A DNA stretch of 64,000 bases from Rhodococcus sp. (in: high G+C Gram-positive bacteria) (GCA_023264675.1 JAHFVG010000019.1:6097-70096); one strand, 5' to 3'; positions 43,432-53,954 are shown, numbered from the stretch's first letter. The notes: generated by a model from the letters alone, not told the origin. Program-made: numbers and translations.

Positions 43432-45096
43432 ATGGACGCGGACGTGATCGTTGTCGGAGCAGGCCTGGCAGGTTTGGTGGCTACCGCCGAACTGGCAGAC
43501 GCAGGCAAACGCGTCGTGCTTCTCGATCAGGAACCCGAGCAGAACCTCGGCGGCCAGGCATTCTGGTCGCTGGGCGGGATGTTCATGATCGATACTCCCG
43601 AGCAGCGCCGGATGGGCGTCAAGGACTCTCCCGAACTGGCCTGGCAGGACTGGCTCGGGACGGCAACCTTCGACCGCGGTATCGACGATCCCGCGGGTGA
43701 GGACTACTGGGGCTATCGCTGGGCGCGTGCGTATCTCGACTTCGCGGCAGGGGAGAAGCGGTCCTGGCTGCACGCGCAGGGTGTCCGGTGGGTGCCCATC
43801 GTGGGGTGGGCCGAACGCGGCGGATACCTTGCCGACGGCCACGGCAACTCGGTTCCTCGATTCCATCTCACGTGGGGCACCGGGCCCGGTGTCGTCGCGC
43901 CGTTCGAACGCCGCGTTCGTGAGGCGGCGGCACAAGGGCTGGTGCGGTTCGCCTTTCGTCATCGAGTGGACGAGTTGACCATCACCGACGGTGTGGTCGA
44001 CGGCGTCCGCGGGGCGGTTCTCGAGCCCAGTTCTGCCGAACGCGGGTCCGGTAGTACCCGAACCGAGGTCGAGGAATTCGAACTTCACGCAAGCGCCGTC
44101 CTCGTCACCGCCGGTGGAATCGGGGGCAATCACGATCTGGTTCGCGCGAACTGGCCTGCCAGGCTGGGGGCCGCTCCGAAGTCCATGATCTCCGGCGTGC
44201 CCGAACACGTGGATGGACGCATGATCGGCATCACCGAGCGCGCAGGCGGCCGACTGGTGAACAAGGATCGGATGTGGCACTACACCGAGGGCATCAGGAA
44301 CTGGAATTCGATCTGGGCCAATCACGGCATTCGCATCATTCCTGGGCCGTCGTCGATGTGGTTCGACGCGCGGGGCCGCCGATTCCCTGCCCCGAACTTC
44401 CCCGGTTTCGACACCCTCGGCACCCTTCAGGCGATCCAGGACACCGGATACGACTACTCGTGGTTCGTACTCACCCAGAAGATCATCGAGAAGGAGTTCG
44501 CGCTGTCCGGGTCGGAGCAGAACCCCGACATCACCGGAAGGAACCTCAAACTTGTTCTCGGACGGGTATTGCCGGGCGCGAGCGAACCGATCGAAGCGTT
44601 CAAGAAGCACGGCGAGGACTTCGTGGTGGCCGACAACATCGACGACCTCGTGGCCGGCATGAACAAGATCACCGACGAACCGCTGATCGATCGGGACGAT
44701 CTGCATCGCCAGATCGTCGCCCGTGACCGGGAGACCGACAATGCGTTCACCAAGGATCTGCAGATCTCCGCCATTCACAACTCCCGTCGCTCACGCGGAG
44801 AGCGGATCGCCAGGACGGCGTCTCCTCACAAGATCCTCGATCCGAAATCGGGACCGCTGATCGCTGTCCGGCTCAACATCGTCACCCGCAAGACGCTCGG
44901 CGGCATTCAAACCGACCTGGCGGGACGCGTGCAGAGCGATGATGGCGCGGCCGTTCCCGGTCTGTGGGCTGCCGGCGAGATCGCCGGGTTCGGTGGCGGC
45001 GGGGTGCACGGATACCGATCTCTGGAAGGAACCTTTCTCGGCGGGTGCATCTTCAGCGGTCGACAGGCCGGTCGGGCGCTGGCCGCGGAGGTCTAG
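43432..45096 (+). CDS. FAD-binding dehydrogenase (FAD_binding_2; KsdD-like/Rv0785 family)
   Basis: GAGLAGL, GGQAFWSLGG, HGNSVPRFH.TWGTGPG, RKTLGG, EGTFLGGC. Start at ATG 43432. Confidence 0.88.
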   Translation: MDADVIVVGAGLAGLVATAELADAGKRVVLLDQEPEQNLGGQAFWSLGGMFMIDTPEQRRMGVKDSPELAWQDWLGTATFDRGIDDPAGEDYWGYRWARAYLDFAAGEKRSWLHAQGVRWVPIVGWAERGGYLADGHGNSVPRFHLTWGTGPGVVAPFERRVREAAAQGLVRFAFRHRVDELTITDGVVDGVRGAVLEPSSAERGSGSTRTEVEEFELHASAVLVTAGGIGGNHDLVRANWPARLGAAPKSMISGVPEHVDGRMIGITERAGGRLVNKDRMWHYTEGIRNWNSIWANHGIRIIPGPSSMWFDARGRRFPAPNFPGFDTLGTLQAIQDTGYDYSWFVLTQKIIEKEFALSGSEQNPDITGRNLKLVLGRVLPGASEPIEAFKKHGEDFVVADNIDDLVAGMNKITDEPLIDRDDLHRQIVARDRETDNAFTKDLQISAIHNSRRSRGERIARTASPHKILDPKSGPLIAVRLNIVTRKTLGGIQTDLAGRVQSDDGAAVPGLWAAGEIAGFGGGGVHGYRSLEGTFLGGCIFSGRQAGRALAAEV

Positions 45097-45157
45097 CCGG
45101 GCGCAGGACGCCTGTCTCGGTGCCCTCGGCGGCTCGCCGAAAACTCGGAGCGCCCTC

Positions 45158-45187
45158 TTGACGCGGATCTCATCGAGCCTTTATGGT
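45158..45187 (+). promoter_or_regulatory. Sigma-A-type promoter of the rha operon (TTGACG-N18-TATGGT)
   Basis: -35 at 45158-45163 and -10 at 45182-45187. Confidence 0.55.
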
Positions 45188-45203
45188 GAGGCAGCCCACT
45201 GAA

Positions 45204-45215
45204 TGAAACGTTTCA
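45204..45215. promoter_or_regulatory. LacI-family operator TGAAACGTTTCA
   Basis: Perfect 12-bp palindrome with the LacI AAnCGnTT core, just downstream of the predicted -10. Confidence 0.7.
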
Positions 45216-45254
45216 ATCGACTGGGTTCCTGCTCCTTCTCCCTATCGAGGCTCG

Positions 45255-45608
45255 ATGAATCCGCTCGCAACCGAAGCACCTGCACCCGCGCTCCAGCGTG
45301 TGTGCTTTCTCCTGGCCCTGCGCCCGGATCGAGTCGATGACTACCTCGCGGCTCACGAGTACGTGTGGCCGGAGATGCTCGACGCTCTGCGCACCGCCGG
45401 TTGGCGAAACTACTCGCTGTTTCTCCGCCGGGAAGACGGCCTCGTCGTCGGCTACGTCGAATCCGAGGACCCGGCTGCGATGACGGCCGCGATCAGCGCG
45501 ACGGACGTCGACGCTCGGTGGCAGGCGACCATGGCCGAGTACTTCGAACCGTCCGCTCGTCCGGACGAGCCGCTCGAATTTCTCACGCACTACTTTCACC
45601 TCCCCTGA
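45255..45608 (+). CDS. rhaM: L-rhamnose mutarotase
   Basis: Y..AHEYVWPEM...L...GWRNYSLFL; rha operon context. Confidence 0.9.
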   Translation: MNPLATEAPAPALQRVCFLLALRPDRVDDYLAAHEYVWPEMLDALRTAGWRNYSLFLRREDGLVVGYVESEDPAAMTAAISATDVDARWQATMAEYFEPSARPDEPLEFLTHYFHLP

Positions 45609-45651
45609 TCTCGGGTCGCGAGACGCGGCCCCCACACCTTCCGGAGCCCTC

Positions 45652-47025
45652 ATGAAGATCGGCGCCAAATCCACCACCGGGTGGAAGGCAACCATTTCGG
45701 TTGCCATGAGCAATTACATCGAAGCAGGATCGATCATTGCGATCGCAACCTCGCTCACGTTGTGGCAGAACGAGTTCGGCATCAGCAACCTCGCCGTCGG
45801 TCTGCTGGCAGCCTTCAGTGCCAACGCCTTCGGTGCTGCGATCGGCGCAGGTATCGGTGGGCCCCTGTGTGATCGTTACGGACGTAAAGCGATCTACACC
45901 TACGACCTCATGGTGTACATGGTCGGAGTATTGATCGCGGCGTTCGCCGTCAACTTCACCATGCTGTTGGCCGCATTCGTCATCACCGGTGTCGCGGTCG
46001 GCGCCGGCGTGCCTGCCTCGTGGACCTACATCGCCGAACAGGCACCCTCACGTGAACGCGCCCGGCACGTCGGCACCGCCCAACTTGCCTGGTCGGTAGG
46101 ACCGTTCGTGGGATTCGCGCTGGCGGCTGCCCTCTCGCCGCTCGACCTACTCGGATCGCGCATCATCTTCCTGCATCTCTTCGTCGTGGCTGCTGTCGTC
46201 TGGTGGATCCGTCAGGGACTGCCGGAATCGGTCATCTGGAAAGACGAAGCCAAGAACACCGCCGCTGCCGCCGCTCGCGCCGTCACCTTCGGAGCCCAGG
46301 GACTGAAGGGGCTGTTCACCAAGCGCGTCAACATCACAGCGCTGCTCGTGCTCATCGGTATCTACGGGTTCTGGAACACAGTCGCAGGCCAGGCAGGGAT
46401 CTTCATGCCCCGCGTCTACGAGAGCGCGGGCGTCGAGAGCGCCGTCCAGCAGAACCTCCTGCAGGTGCTGGTGTGGGGATGCACCGTTGCGGCGACGTAC
46501 TTCGGGTTCATGCGCTACGCCGACCGTGTGTCGCAGCGAGCCCTCTACTGCGTCGGAGCCGTCCTCGGCATCGCGGCCTGGGCGATCCTCGTGTTCTTCA
46601 CCGACGCGGGCATGCCGACGCTGCTGATCTTCGCGGTGACGTGGGGAGCCGCGGCCGGTATCGGAGCTCAGGCCTTCTACAGCCTGTGGGCCAGCGAGCT
46701 GTTCGCCACCCCGTACCGCGCCAGTGCGCAAGGCTTCATGTTCTTCGTCGTGCGCACCGCGACCGGTCTGCTCAGCTACTTCTTCCCGACGCTGCTTGCG
46801 GCCACCGGCCTCACCACGGTCGGCCTGCTCCTCATCGGCCTTCTCACCGTCGCCCTCGCGATCGGAGCCGTATTCGCCCCGAATACGCGCGGAAAGTCGT
46901 TGCAGGAGATCGAAACCGAACGATACGGCGACGTCGTGTCCGCCGACCTGACCGACTCCGTCGGTGAAACCGACTTCCCAGACCACGCCGGCGACGCCGG
47001 CCGTACCCCGGAGCGTGCACTGTGA
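45652..47025 (+). CDS. MFS sugar transporter (probable L-rhamnose importer)
   Basis: About 12 TM helices, DRYGRK, YIAE, ELF, PNTRGKSL; inside the rha operon. Confidence 0.87.
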   Translation: MKIGAKSTTGWKATISVAMSNYIEAGSIIAIATSLTLWQNEFGISNLAVGLLAAFSANAFGAAIGAGIGGPLCDRYGRKAIYTYDLMVYMVGVLIAAFAVNFTMLLAAFVITGVAVGAGVPASWTYIAEQAPSRERARHVGTAQLAWSVGPFVGFALAAALSPLDLLGSRIIFLHLFVVAAVVWWIRQGLPESVIWKDEAKNTAAAAARAVTFGAQGLKGLFTKRVNITALLVLIGIYGFWNTVAGQAGIFMPRVYESAGVESAVQQNLLQVLVWGCTVAATYFGFMRYADRVSQRALYCVGAVLGIAAWAILVFFTDAGMPTLLIFAVTWGAAAGIGAQAFYSLWASELFATPYRASAQGFMFFVVRTATGLLSYFFPTLLAATGLTTVGLLLIGLLTVALAIGAVFAPNTRGKSLQEIETERYGDVVSADLTDSVGETDFPDHAGDAGRTPERAL

Positions 47026-48185
47026 TTGCCCCCGACCCGACTGCTGTCCTCGACGCCCTCGCCATCGAGCTTCCCTCATGGGCTTTCGGTAACTCGGGAA
47101 CTCGTTTCAAGGTCTTCGGGACTCCGGGCACACCGCGAACGATCGAGGAGAAGATCGCGGACGCGGCCACCGTTCATCGACTCACCGGGCTTGCTCCATC
47201 GGTCGCACTGCACATCCCGTGGGACCTCGTGGACGATTTCGGTGCCTTGACCCGCTATGCGCAGGATCAGGGCGTGAGGCTGGGAACGGTCAATTCGAAC
47301 ACGTTCCAGGACGACGACTACAAGTTCGGAAGTCTCACCCACACTGACAAGACGGTGCGGCAGAAGGCGATCGATCACCACATTCGCTGCCTCGACATCA
47401 TGTCGGAGATCGGCTCGCAGGATCTGAAGGTGTGGTTGGCGGACGGAACGAACTATCCGGGTCAAGGCGATATCCGCGGGCGGCAGGACCGACTCGCAGA
47501 GTCGCTGGCAGCGATCTATCAGCATGTCGGCGAACATCAGCGGTTGGTGCTCGAGTACAAGTTCTTCGAGCCCGCGTTCTATGTCACCGACGTCCCCGAC
47601 TGGGGTACCTCGTATGCGCACACCGTCGCATTGGGGGAGCGGGCAGCAGTGTGCCTCGACACCGGTCATCACGCGCCCGGTACGAACATCGAATTCATCG
47701 TTGCTCAACTGCTCAGACTCGGAAAGCTCGGTTCGTTCGACTTCAACTCGCGCTTCTACGCCGACGACGATCTGATCGTCGGTGCGGCGGATCCGTTCCA
47801 GCTCTTCAGGATTCTGTTCGAGGTGATCCGCGGCGGCGGACTCGCGCCGGGTTCGGATCTCGCACTCATGCTCGACCAGTGCCACAACGTCGAGGCGAAG
47901 ATTCCCGGGCAGATCCGATCGGTGCTCAACGTGCAGGAAATGACGTTGCGGGCGGCACTCGTCGACACCGGTGCGTTGACCACTGCCCAGGAAGCAGGAG
48001 ATGTGCTCGGCGCCAACGAGATCTTCATGGACGCCTTCTACACCGACGTCCGGCCGCGGCTCGAGACCTGGCGTCAGGAGCGCGGCCTACCGGCCGCACC
48101 CATGCGGGCGTATGCCGAATCCGGCTACCAGGAGCGCATCGACACCGAGCGCGTAGGCGGCACTCAGACATCCTGGGGCGCCTGA
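47022..48185 (+). CDS. rhaI: L-rhamnose isomerase (RhaI, xylose-isomerase-like)
   Basis: IELPSWAFGNSGTRF, HIPWD, EYKFFEP, DTGHH, FNSRFYADDD, DQCHN. Confidence 0.93.
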   Translation: MIAPDPTAVLDALAIELPSWAFGNSGTRFKVFGTPGTPRTIEEKIADAATVHRLTGLAPSVALHIPWDLVDDFGALTRYAQDQGVRLGTVNSNTFQDDDYKFGSLTHTDKTVRQKAIDHHIRCLDIMSEIGSQDLKVWLADGTNYPGQGDIRGRQDRLAESLAAIYQHVGEHQRLVLEYKFFEPAFYVTDVPDWGTSYAHTVALGERAAVCLDTGHHAPGTNIEFIVAQLLRLGKLGSFDFNSRFYADDDLIVGAADPFQLFRILFEVIRGGGLAPGSDLALMLDQCHNVEAKIPGQIRSVLNVQEMTLRAALVDTGALTTAQEAGDVLGANEIFMDAFYTDVRPRLETWRQERGLPAAPMRAYAESGYQERIDTERVGGTQTSWGA

Positions 48186-48224
48186 GACATGACAACCGAC
48201 CCAGCTCCCACAAGGAAGACGATC

Positions 48225-50258
48225 ATGAACAAGTCTGTCGCCGCACTGCTGGCGCGATCGAATCGCCTCGGCTCGGACCCCACCAACACCAACTACGCGG
48301 GGGGCAACACCTCCGCGAAGGGCACCGATATCGACCCGGTGACCGGAGACGACGTCGACCTGATGTGGGTCAAGGGGTCGGGTGGCGACCTCGGTACCCT
48401 CACCGAAAGCGGTCTTGCGGTGCTTCGCCTCGATCGGTTGCGTTCACTCGTCGACGTCTACCCGGGAGTCGACCGCGAAGACGAGATGGTTGCCGCCTTC
48501 GACTACACGCTGCACGGGCGGGGCGGTGCTGCACCGTCCATCGACACCGCCATGCACGGTCTGGTCGACGCGCCGCACGTGGACCATTTGCATCCCGATT
48601 CGGGAATTGCGATCGCCACGTCCGCGGACGGCGAAGAGTTGACTCGCGCCATCTACGGTGACCGCGTGGTGTGGGTTCCGTGGCGCCGACCGGGGTTCCA
48701 ACTGGGACTGGATATTTCGGCGATAAAGTCCGAGAATCCGCAGGCGATCGGCTGCATCCTCGGCGGGCACGGAATCACTGCCTGGGGAGACACGAGCGAC
48801 GAGGCCGAGGCTCACTCTCTCGAGATCATTCAGGCAGCACAGGCGTACCTCGACGAGAACGGCAAAGCCGATCCCTTCGGCACACCTCTCGACGGTTACG
48901 GAGCACTGCCGGAGGAACAGCGACGCGCCAAGGCCGCAGCACTGGCGCCGCACATCCGCGGTCTCGCCTCCACCGACGAACCCAAGGTCGGCCACTTCAC
49001 CGACTCCGCCGCCGTCCTCGACTTTCTGGCCGCGACCGAGCACCCGCGTCTCGCCGCACTCGGGACGAGCTGCCCCGATCACTTCCTGCGAACCAAGGTG
49101 ACGCCACTCGTTCTCGACCTTCCGGCGGACGCATCGCTTCAGCAGTGCATCGAGCGGCTCTCGACGTTGCACGAGCAGTACCGCAAGGACTACCAGGCGT
49201 ACTACGACAGGTTCGCGACCGAGGAATCTCCGGCAATCCGCGGGGCCGACCCGGCCGTGGTGCTGATCCCCGGCGTCGGAATGTTCACCTACGGCAAGGA
49301 CAAGCAGACCGCCCGCGTGGCCGGTGAGTTCTACGTCAACGCCATCAATGTCATGCGCGGAGCGGAGTCGGTCTCGCAGTACAGTCCGATCGACGAATCG
49401 GAGAAGTTCAAGATCGAGTACTGGGCACTCGAAGAAGCCAAGCTCGCGCGTATGCCGAAGCCGAAGCCGCTCGCGACCCGTATCGCATTGGTCACCGGCG
49501 CGGCGTCGGGAATCGGCAAGGCGATCGCCACCAGGCTCGCTGCCGAAGGAGCCTGCGTCGTCATCGCCGACCTGGACGAGCAGAAGGCAGTCGACGTCGC
49601 AGCCGAGATCGGCAACACCGACGTCGCGATCGGTGTCCGCGCCGATGTCACCGACGAAGCCGCCGTTCAGGCCGCAGTCGATGCGACGGTCCTCGCCTTC
49701 GGCGGAATCGACCTCGTGGTCAACAACGCTGGGTTGTCGCTGTCCAAGCCTTTGCTGGACACGACCGTCGCGGACTGGGACCTGCAGCACGACGTGATGG
49801 CACGCGGATCTTTCCTGGTCTCACGTTCGGCTGCGTCGGCACTCATCGCTCAGAAGATGGGCGGAGACATCTTGTACATCTCGTCGAAGAATTCCGTCTT
49901 CGCCGGCCCCAACAACATCGCCTACTCCGCAACCAAGGCCGACCAGGCACACCAGGTGCGCTTGCTGGCAGCAGAACTGGGCGAACACGGAGTGAAGGTC
50001 AACGGAATCAACCCCGACGGGGTGGTTCAGGGCTCGGGAATCTTCGCAGGCGGATGGGGTGCATCGCGTGCCGCGGTGTACGGCGTGGACGAATCCGATC
50101 TCGGCAAGTTCTACGCCCAGCGGACACTACTGAAGCGCGAGGTACTGCCCGAGAACATCGCCAACGCTGCGTTCGTGATGTGCACGTCCGACTTTTCGCA
50201 CACCACCGGGCTGCACGTGCCCGTCGACGCGGGTGTTGCCGCTGCGTTCCTGCGATGA
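48225..50258 (+). CDS. rhaD: Bifunctional rhamnulose-1-phosphate aldolase / short-chain (lactaldehyde) dehydrogenase
   Basis: GGNTSAK, KGSG.DL, PSIDT.MH, HLHPD, SCPDHFLRTK and a C-terminal SDR (TGAASGIG, YSATK). Start 48225 follows AAGGAAG. Confidence 0.93.
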   Translation: MNKSVAALLARSNRLGSDPTNTNYAGGNTSAKGTDIDPVTGDDVDLMWVKGSGGDLGTLTESGLAVLRLDRLRSLVDVYPGVDREDEMVAAFDYTLHGRGGAAPSIDTAMHGLVDAPHVDHLHPDSGIAIATSADGEELTRAIYGDRVVWVPWRRPGFQLGLDISAIKSENPQAIGCILGGHGITAWGDTSDEAEAHSLEIIQAAQAYLDENGKADPFGTPLDGYGALPEEQRRAKAAALAPHIRGLASTDEPKVGHFTDSAAVLDFLAATEHPRLAALGTSCPDHFLRTKVTPLVLDLPADASLQQCIERLSTLHEQYRKDYQAYYDRFATEESPAIRGADPAVVLIPGVGMFTYGKDKQTARVAGEFYVNAINVMRGAESVSQYSPIDESEKFKIEYWALEEAKLARMPKPKPLATRIALVTGAASGIGKAIATRLAAEGACVVIADLDEQKAVDVAAEIGNTDVAIGVRADVTDEAAVQAAVDATVLAFGGIDLVVNNAGLSLSKPLLDTTVADWDLQHDVMARGSFLVSRSAASALIAQKMGGDILYISSKNSVFAGPNNIAYSATKADQAHQVRLLAAELGEHGVKVNGINPDGVVQGSGIFAGGWGASRAAVYGVDESDLGKFYAQRTLLKREVLPENIANAAFVMCTSDFSHTTGLHVPVDAGVAAAFLR

Positions 50259-51715
50259 CGATCGGGCAGGTCGCAGCGATCGATCTCGGTGCCACGAGCG
50301 GGCGGGTGGTCCTCGCGAACGTCGGAACGGACACGGCGGGCAAGGACGTACTCGAACTCGAGGTGGCGGTGCGGTTTCCAAACGAGCCGCTGCGCCTGTG
50401 GAACGGCTCGCGGGCGGCGCTGCACACGGACGTTCCAGCGCTCTTCGGGCACGTCTCACGCGGCCTGGCAGACCTCTCGCGCCGGTCGACCGACCTGGTG
50501 AGCATCGCGGTCGACTCGTGGGCAGTGGACTATGGCCTGCTGAGGGATGGACGCTTGCTCGGCCTTCCCCATCATTACCGCGACGAGCGGGCAGCACGCG
50601 GCGTCACGCTGGTCGAGTCCGTGGTCGATCGGGCAGAGTTGTTCGCCCGCAACGGTTTGCAGTTCCTTCCGTTCACCACCCTCTACCAGCTGGCGGTGGA
50701 CCGAGCCGACGGCGTATTGGACCTCGCGGACCGCGCGCTGCTGATTCCCGATCTGATCGGGTACTGGCTGACCGGCATCGAGGCGACCGAACACACGAAT
50801 GCGTCGACGACCGGACTGTTCGGCACCGACGGCACCCGCGACACGGCATTGTTCGACAGACTCGGTCTCGCGTCGTCGTTGTTCGCGGACGTGATCGAGC
50901 CAGGGTCGGTTCTCGGCCGCGTACTTCCCGGCGTCGTCGACGGTTGTCAGGACGTGGCGGTGTCCGTCGTCGGATCTCACGACACCGCTTCCGCGGTCGC
51001 TGCCGTCCCCATGGATCCCGATACTTCCGCCTATATCTCCTGCGGGACGTGGGGGCTGGTGGGCGTCGAAACGCGTGCACCCCTCGTCCACGAGCGCACT
51101 CGCGCAGCCGGATTCACCAACGAGGCCGGTGTGGACGGCCGAACCAGGCTGTTGCACAACGTCATGGGTCTGTGGTTGCTCTCCGAATCCGTTCGCGAAT
51201 GGTCGGTGCAGGACGGCGAAGCAGTCGACCTGCCGGAATTGCTTGCTGCGGCAGCGCAGTGCCCGTCGTCGTCGCTCGTCTTCGACGCCGACGACGACAC
51301 CTTTCTTCCACGAGGTGACATGCCCGCTCGTATCGGCCGCTGGTATCGCGAACGCGGTCTCGAAGTTCCGGCATCACGGGTGGAAACCGTCCGCGCCATC
51401 ATCGACTCGCTCGCCGCGGCGTTCGCGCGTTCGGTGCGCGACGCCGCAGCAGTGTCCGGCATCGACGTTCGACGGGTGCACGTGGTCGGTGGTGGCGCTC
51501 AGAACGCGCTGCTGTGTCGTGCGATTGCCGATCAGCTCGGACTGCCGGTGTTTGCAGGCCCCGTGGAAGCGACAGCCATCGGTAACGTGTTGATACAGGG
51601 ACGGACACACGGATTGATCGGCGGTGACCTCGAACGACTCCGCGATACCGTCGCGTCGGCGTTCCCACCCCAACGTTACGACCCCTCGCCCCGCCACGGT
51701 TCACGCACCGCGTGA
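50255..51715 (+). CDS. rhaB: Rhamnulokinase (FGGY family)
   Basis: [51 protein letters not shown] overlap. Confidence 0.92.
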   Translation: MTIGQVAAIDLGATSGRVVLANVGTDTAGKDVLELEVAVRFPNEPLRLWNGSRAALHTDVPALFGHVSRGLADLSRRSTDLVSIAVDSWAVDYGLLRDGRLLGLPHHYRDERAARGVTLVESVVDRAELFARNGLQFLPFTTLYQLAVDRADGVLDLADRALLIPDLIGYWLTGIEATEHTNASTTGLFGTDGTRDTALFDRLGLASSLFADVIEPGSVLGRVLPGVVDGCQDVAVSVVGSHDTASAVAAVPMDPDTSAYISCGTWGLVGVETRAPLVHERTRAAGFTNEAGVDGRTRLLHNVMGLWLLSESVREWSVQDGEAVDLPELLAAAAQCPSSSLVFDADDDTFLPRGDMPARIGRWYRERGLEVPASRVETVRAIIDSLAAAFARSVRDAAAVSGIDVRRVHVVGGGAQNALLCRAIADQLGLPVFAGPVEATAIGNVLIQGRTHGLIGGDLERLRDTVASAFPPQRYDPSPRHGSRTA

Positions 51716-51734
51716 TCACCGGAAAGGAACATCG

Positions 51735-52970
51735 ATGATCAAGAGGCAGTTTCCCAAGGTGCGCGATCTAGCGCCCCTCATGCAGTTCAAGAAGCCCGAG
51801 TTGAACGCGAAGAAGCGTCGGCTCGACGGGGCGTTGACGATCGAAGATCTGCGTGCGATCGCCAAACGCCGCACGCCGACCGCCGCGTTCGACTACACCG
51901 ACGGTTCCGCCGAAGCCGAGTTGTCGATCGGTCGCGCGCGGCAAGCATTTCAGGACATCGAATTTCACCCGGCGATTCTGCGTGACGTCTCCAAGGTCTC
52001 GACCGGGTGGGACGTACTGGGCGCGCCGGTCTCGCTTCCCTTCGGAATCGCGCCGACCGGATTCACCCGAATGATGCAGACCGAAGGCGAGATTGCCGGA
52101 GCGCATGCAGCAGCGCGGGCAGGGATTCCGTTCTCGCTGTCCACGATGGGCACGACCTCGATCGAGGACGTTCGTGACGCGAATCCACGGGGACGCAACT
52201 GGTTCCAGTTGTACATGTGGAAGGACCGCGAGCGCTCGATGGCTCTCGTCGACCGGGCCGCGGAGGCAGGCTTCGACACCCTTCTCGTCACCGTCGACGT
52301 ACCCGTGGCAGGCGCCAGGCTGCGCGACAAGAGAAACGGTATGACCATCCCTCCTGCCCTGACGCCGGGCACGGTGATCGACGCGCTGCCGCGCCCCAAG
52401 TGGTGGATCGACTTCCTCACCACCGAGCCGTTGTCGTTCGCATCGATCGATCGGTGGTCCGGTACCGTCGCGGAATTGCTGGACACGATGTTCGATCCGA
52501 CCGTCACGTTCGAGGACCTCGCCTGGATCAAGGCGCAGTGGCCAGGCAAACTCGTGGTCAAAGGCATCCAGACGCTGGAGGACGCACACGCCGTCACCGA
52601 GCTCGGTGCGGACGGCATCATTCTGTCCAATCACGGCGGCCGACAACTCGATCGCGCGCCGATCCCGTTCCATCTGCTTCCCTCGGTCGCTCGCGAAGTA
52701 GGCAAGGACACCGAGGTCATGATCGACACCGGCATCATGTCGGGCGCCGACATCGTTGCGTCGATCGCCCTCGGCGCGCGGTTCACGCTCGTCGGGCGCG
52801 CATATCTCTACGGACTCATGGCCGGGGGAGAGGCCGGTGTGAACCGAGCCGTGGACATTCTCTCCGAGCAGGTGGAACGCACGATGCGACTGCTCGGGGT
52901 GACTGCGCTCGAGGAGCTGGTTCCCTCTCATGTCACTCAACTGGAGCGTCTGATTCCGCGCGCTCGCTGA
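51735..52970 (+). CDS. lldD: FMN-dependent alpha-hydroxy acid dehydrogenase (L-lactate dehydrogenase)
   Basis: [37 protein letters not shown]; located after the rha genes. Confidence 0.88.
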   Translation: MIKRQFPKVRDLAPLMQFKKPELNAKKRRLDGALTIEDLRAIAKRRTPTAAFDYTDGSAEAELSIGRARQAFQDIEFHPAILRDVSKVSTGWDVLGAPVSLPFGIAPTGFTRMMQTEGEIAGAHAAARAGIPFSLSTMGTTSIEDVRDANPRGRNWFQLYMWKDRERSMALVDRAAEAGFDTLLVTVDVPVAGARLRDKRNGMTIPPALTPGTVIDALPRPKWWIDFLTTEPLSFASIDRWSGTVAELLDTMFDPTVTFEDLAWIKAQWPGKLVVKGIQTLEDAHAVTELGADGIILSNHGGRQLDRAPIPFHLLPSVAREVGKDTEVMIDTGIMSGADIVASIALGARFTLVGRAYLYGLMAGGEAGVNRAVDILSEQVERTMRLLGVTALEELVPSHVTQLERLIPRAR

Positions 52971-53067
52971 TCCTGCGTGCGGGTGGGTTCGCTTTGCTCG
53001 TCTACCATCCTGTGCGACCCTCGAACCCCTCGGAGTTCGAAAACCCTGGACGGAAGGCGTCGCACGC

Positions 53068-53946
53068 GTGATCACCGGAAGCATCGTCGCAATAGTCACT
53101 CCGATGACCGAGAGCGGCGACGTCGACCACGTCTCGTTCGGTGAACTCGTCGAACGACAGGTCACCTCGGGTACCTCTGCCATCGTTGCAGTAGGTACCA
53201 CGGGGGAGTCCTCGACACTGTCCGTCGCCGAGCACACGGAGATCATCCGGCGCACCATCGACGTGGTCGCCGGCCGGGTGCCGGTGATCGCAGGCACCGG
53301 CGCCAATTCCACCTCCGAGGCGATCCACCTGACCCGGGCAGCACTTGCCGCCGGAGCAGACGGCGCGTTGCTGGTCACGCCGTACTACAACAAGCCTCCG
53401 CAGGAAGGTCTGTACCGGCACTTCCGGGCCATCGCCGAAGCCGTCGACATCCCTCAATACCTGTACAACGTTCCCGGACGGACCGGGTGTGACATGCTCC
53501 CGTCCACGGTTGCCAGGCTTGCCGAGATCCCGAACATCGTCGGCCTCAAGGAGGCCGCAGGCGATCTGGATCGGGTCCGTGAACTTGTCGCACTCGAGCT
53601 ACCCGATTTCGCGCTGTACTCCGGAGACGACAGCACGGCGCGGGCGAGCATGCTGGCCGGGTTCCACGGCAACATCTCCGTCACGGCTAACGTTGCCCCC
53701 GAAGCGATGGCACGGATGTGCGCGGCGGCGTTGGCGGGCGACGCCGAGGCGGCGTCGGAGATCGACGCCAACCTGGTCGGGCTGCACAGCGCTCTGTTCG
53801 CCGAGCCGAACCCGATCCCGGTGAAGTGGGCTCTTGCCGAAATGGGGCTGATGCCCGGCGGGATCAGGCTGCCACTCGTCGAACTCGACGAGTGGCATCA
53901 CGAGGACGTTCGCGCGGCGTTGCGCAGCGCATCACTGTTGGACTGA
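53068..53946 (+). CDS. dapA: 4-hydroxy-tetrahydrodipicolinate synthase (proteobacterial-type DapA)
   Basis: GTTGES, VTPYYNKP, YNVPGRT, Schiff-base GLKEA, SGDD, NPIPVK. Confidence 0.9.
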   Translation: MITGSIVAIVTPMTESGDVDHVSFGELVERQVTSGTSAIVAVGTTGESSTLSVAEHTEIIRRTIDVVAGRVPVIAGTGANSTSEAIHLTRAALAAGADGALLVTPYYNKPPQEGLYRHFRAIAEAVDIPQYLYNVPGRTGCDMLPSTVARLAEIPNIVGLKEAAGDLDRVRELVALELPDFALYSGDDSTARASMLAGFHGNISVTANVAPEAMARMCAAALAGDAEAASEIDANLVGLHSALFAEPNPIPVKWALAEMGLMPGGIRLPLVELDEWHHEDVRAALRSASLLD

Positions 53947-53954
53947 TCGCTCGA

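Noticed and set aside
829-52970. Many long ORFs antisense to or overlapping real genes (e.g. 829-2883+, 7015-8106-, 33643-34782+, 43357-44778-, 48444-49790-, 51768-53378-)
   Set aside because: They are shadow ORFs caused by high GC and codon bias on the opposite strand; they have no motifs and fully overlap well-supported genes.
52971-53067. Lysine riboswitch before dapA
   Set aside because: The intergenic region is under 100 nt, too short, and lacks L-box features.
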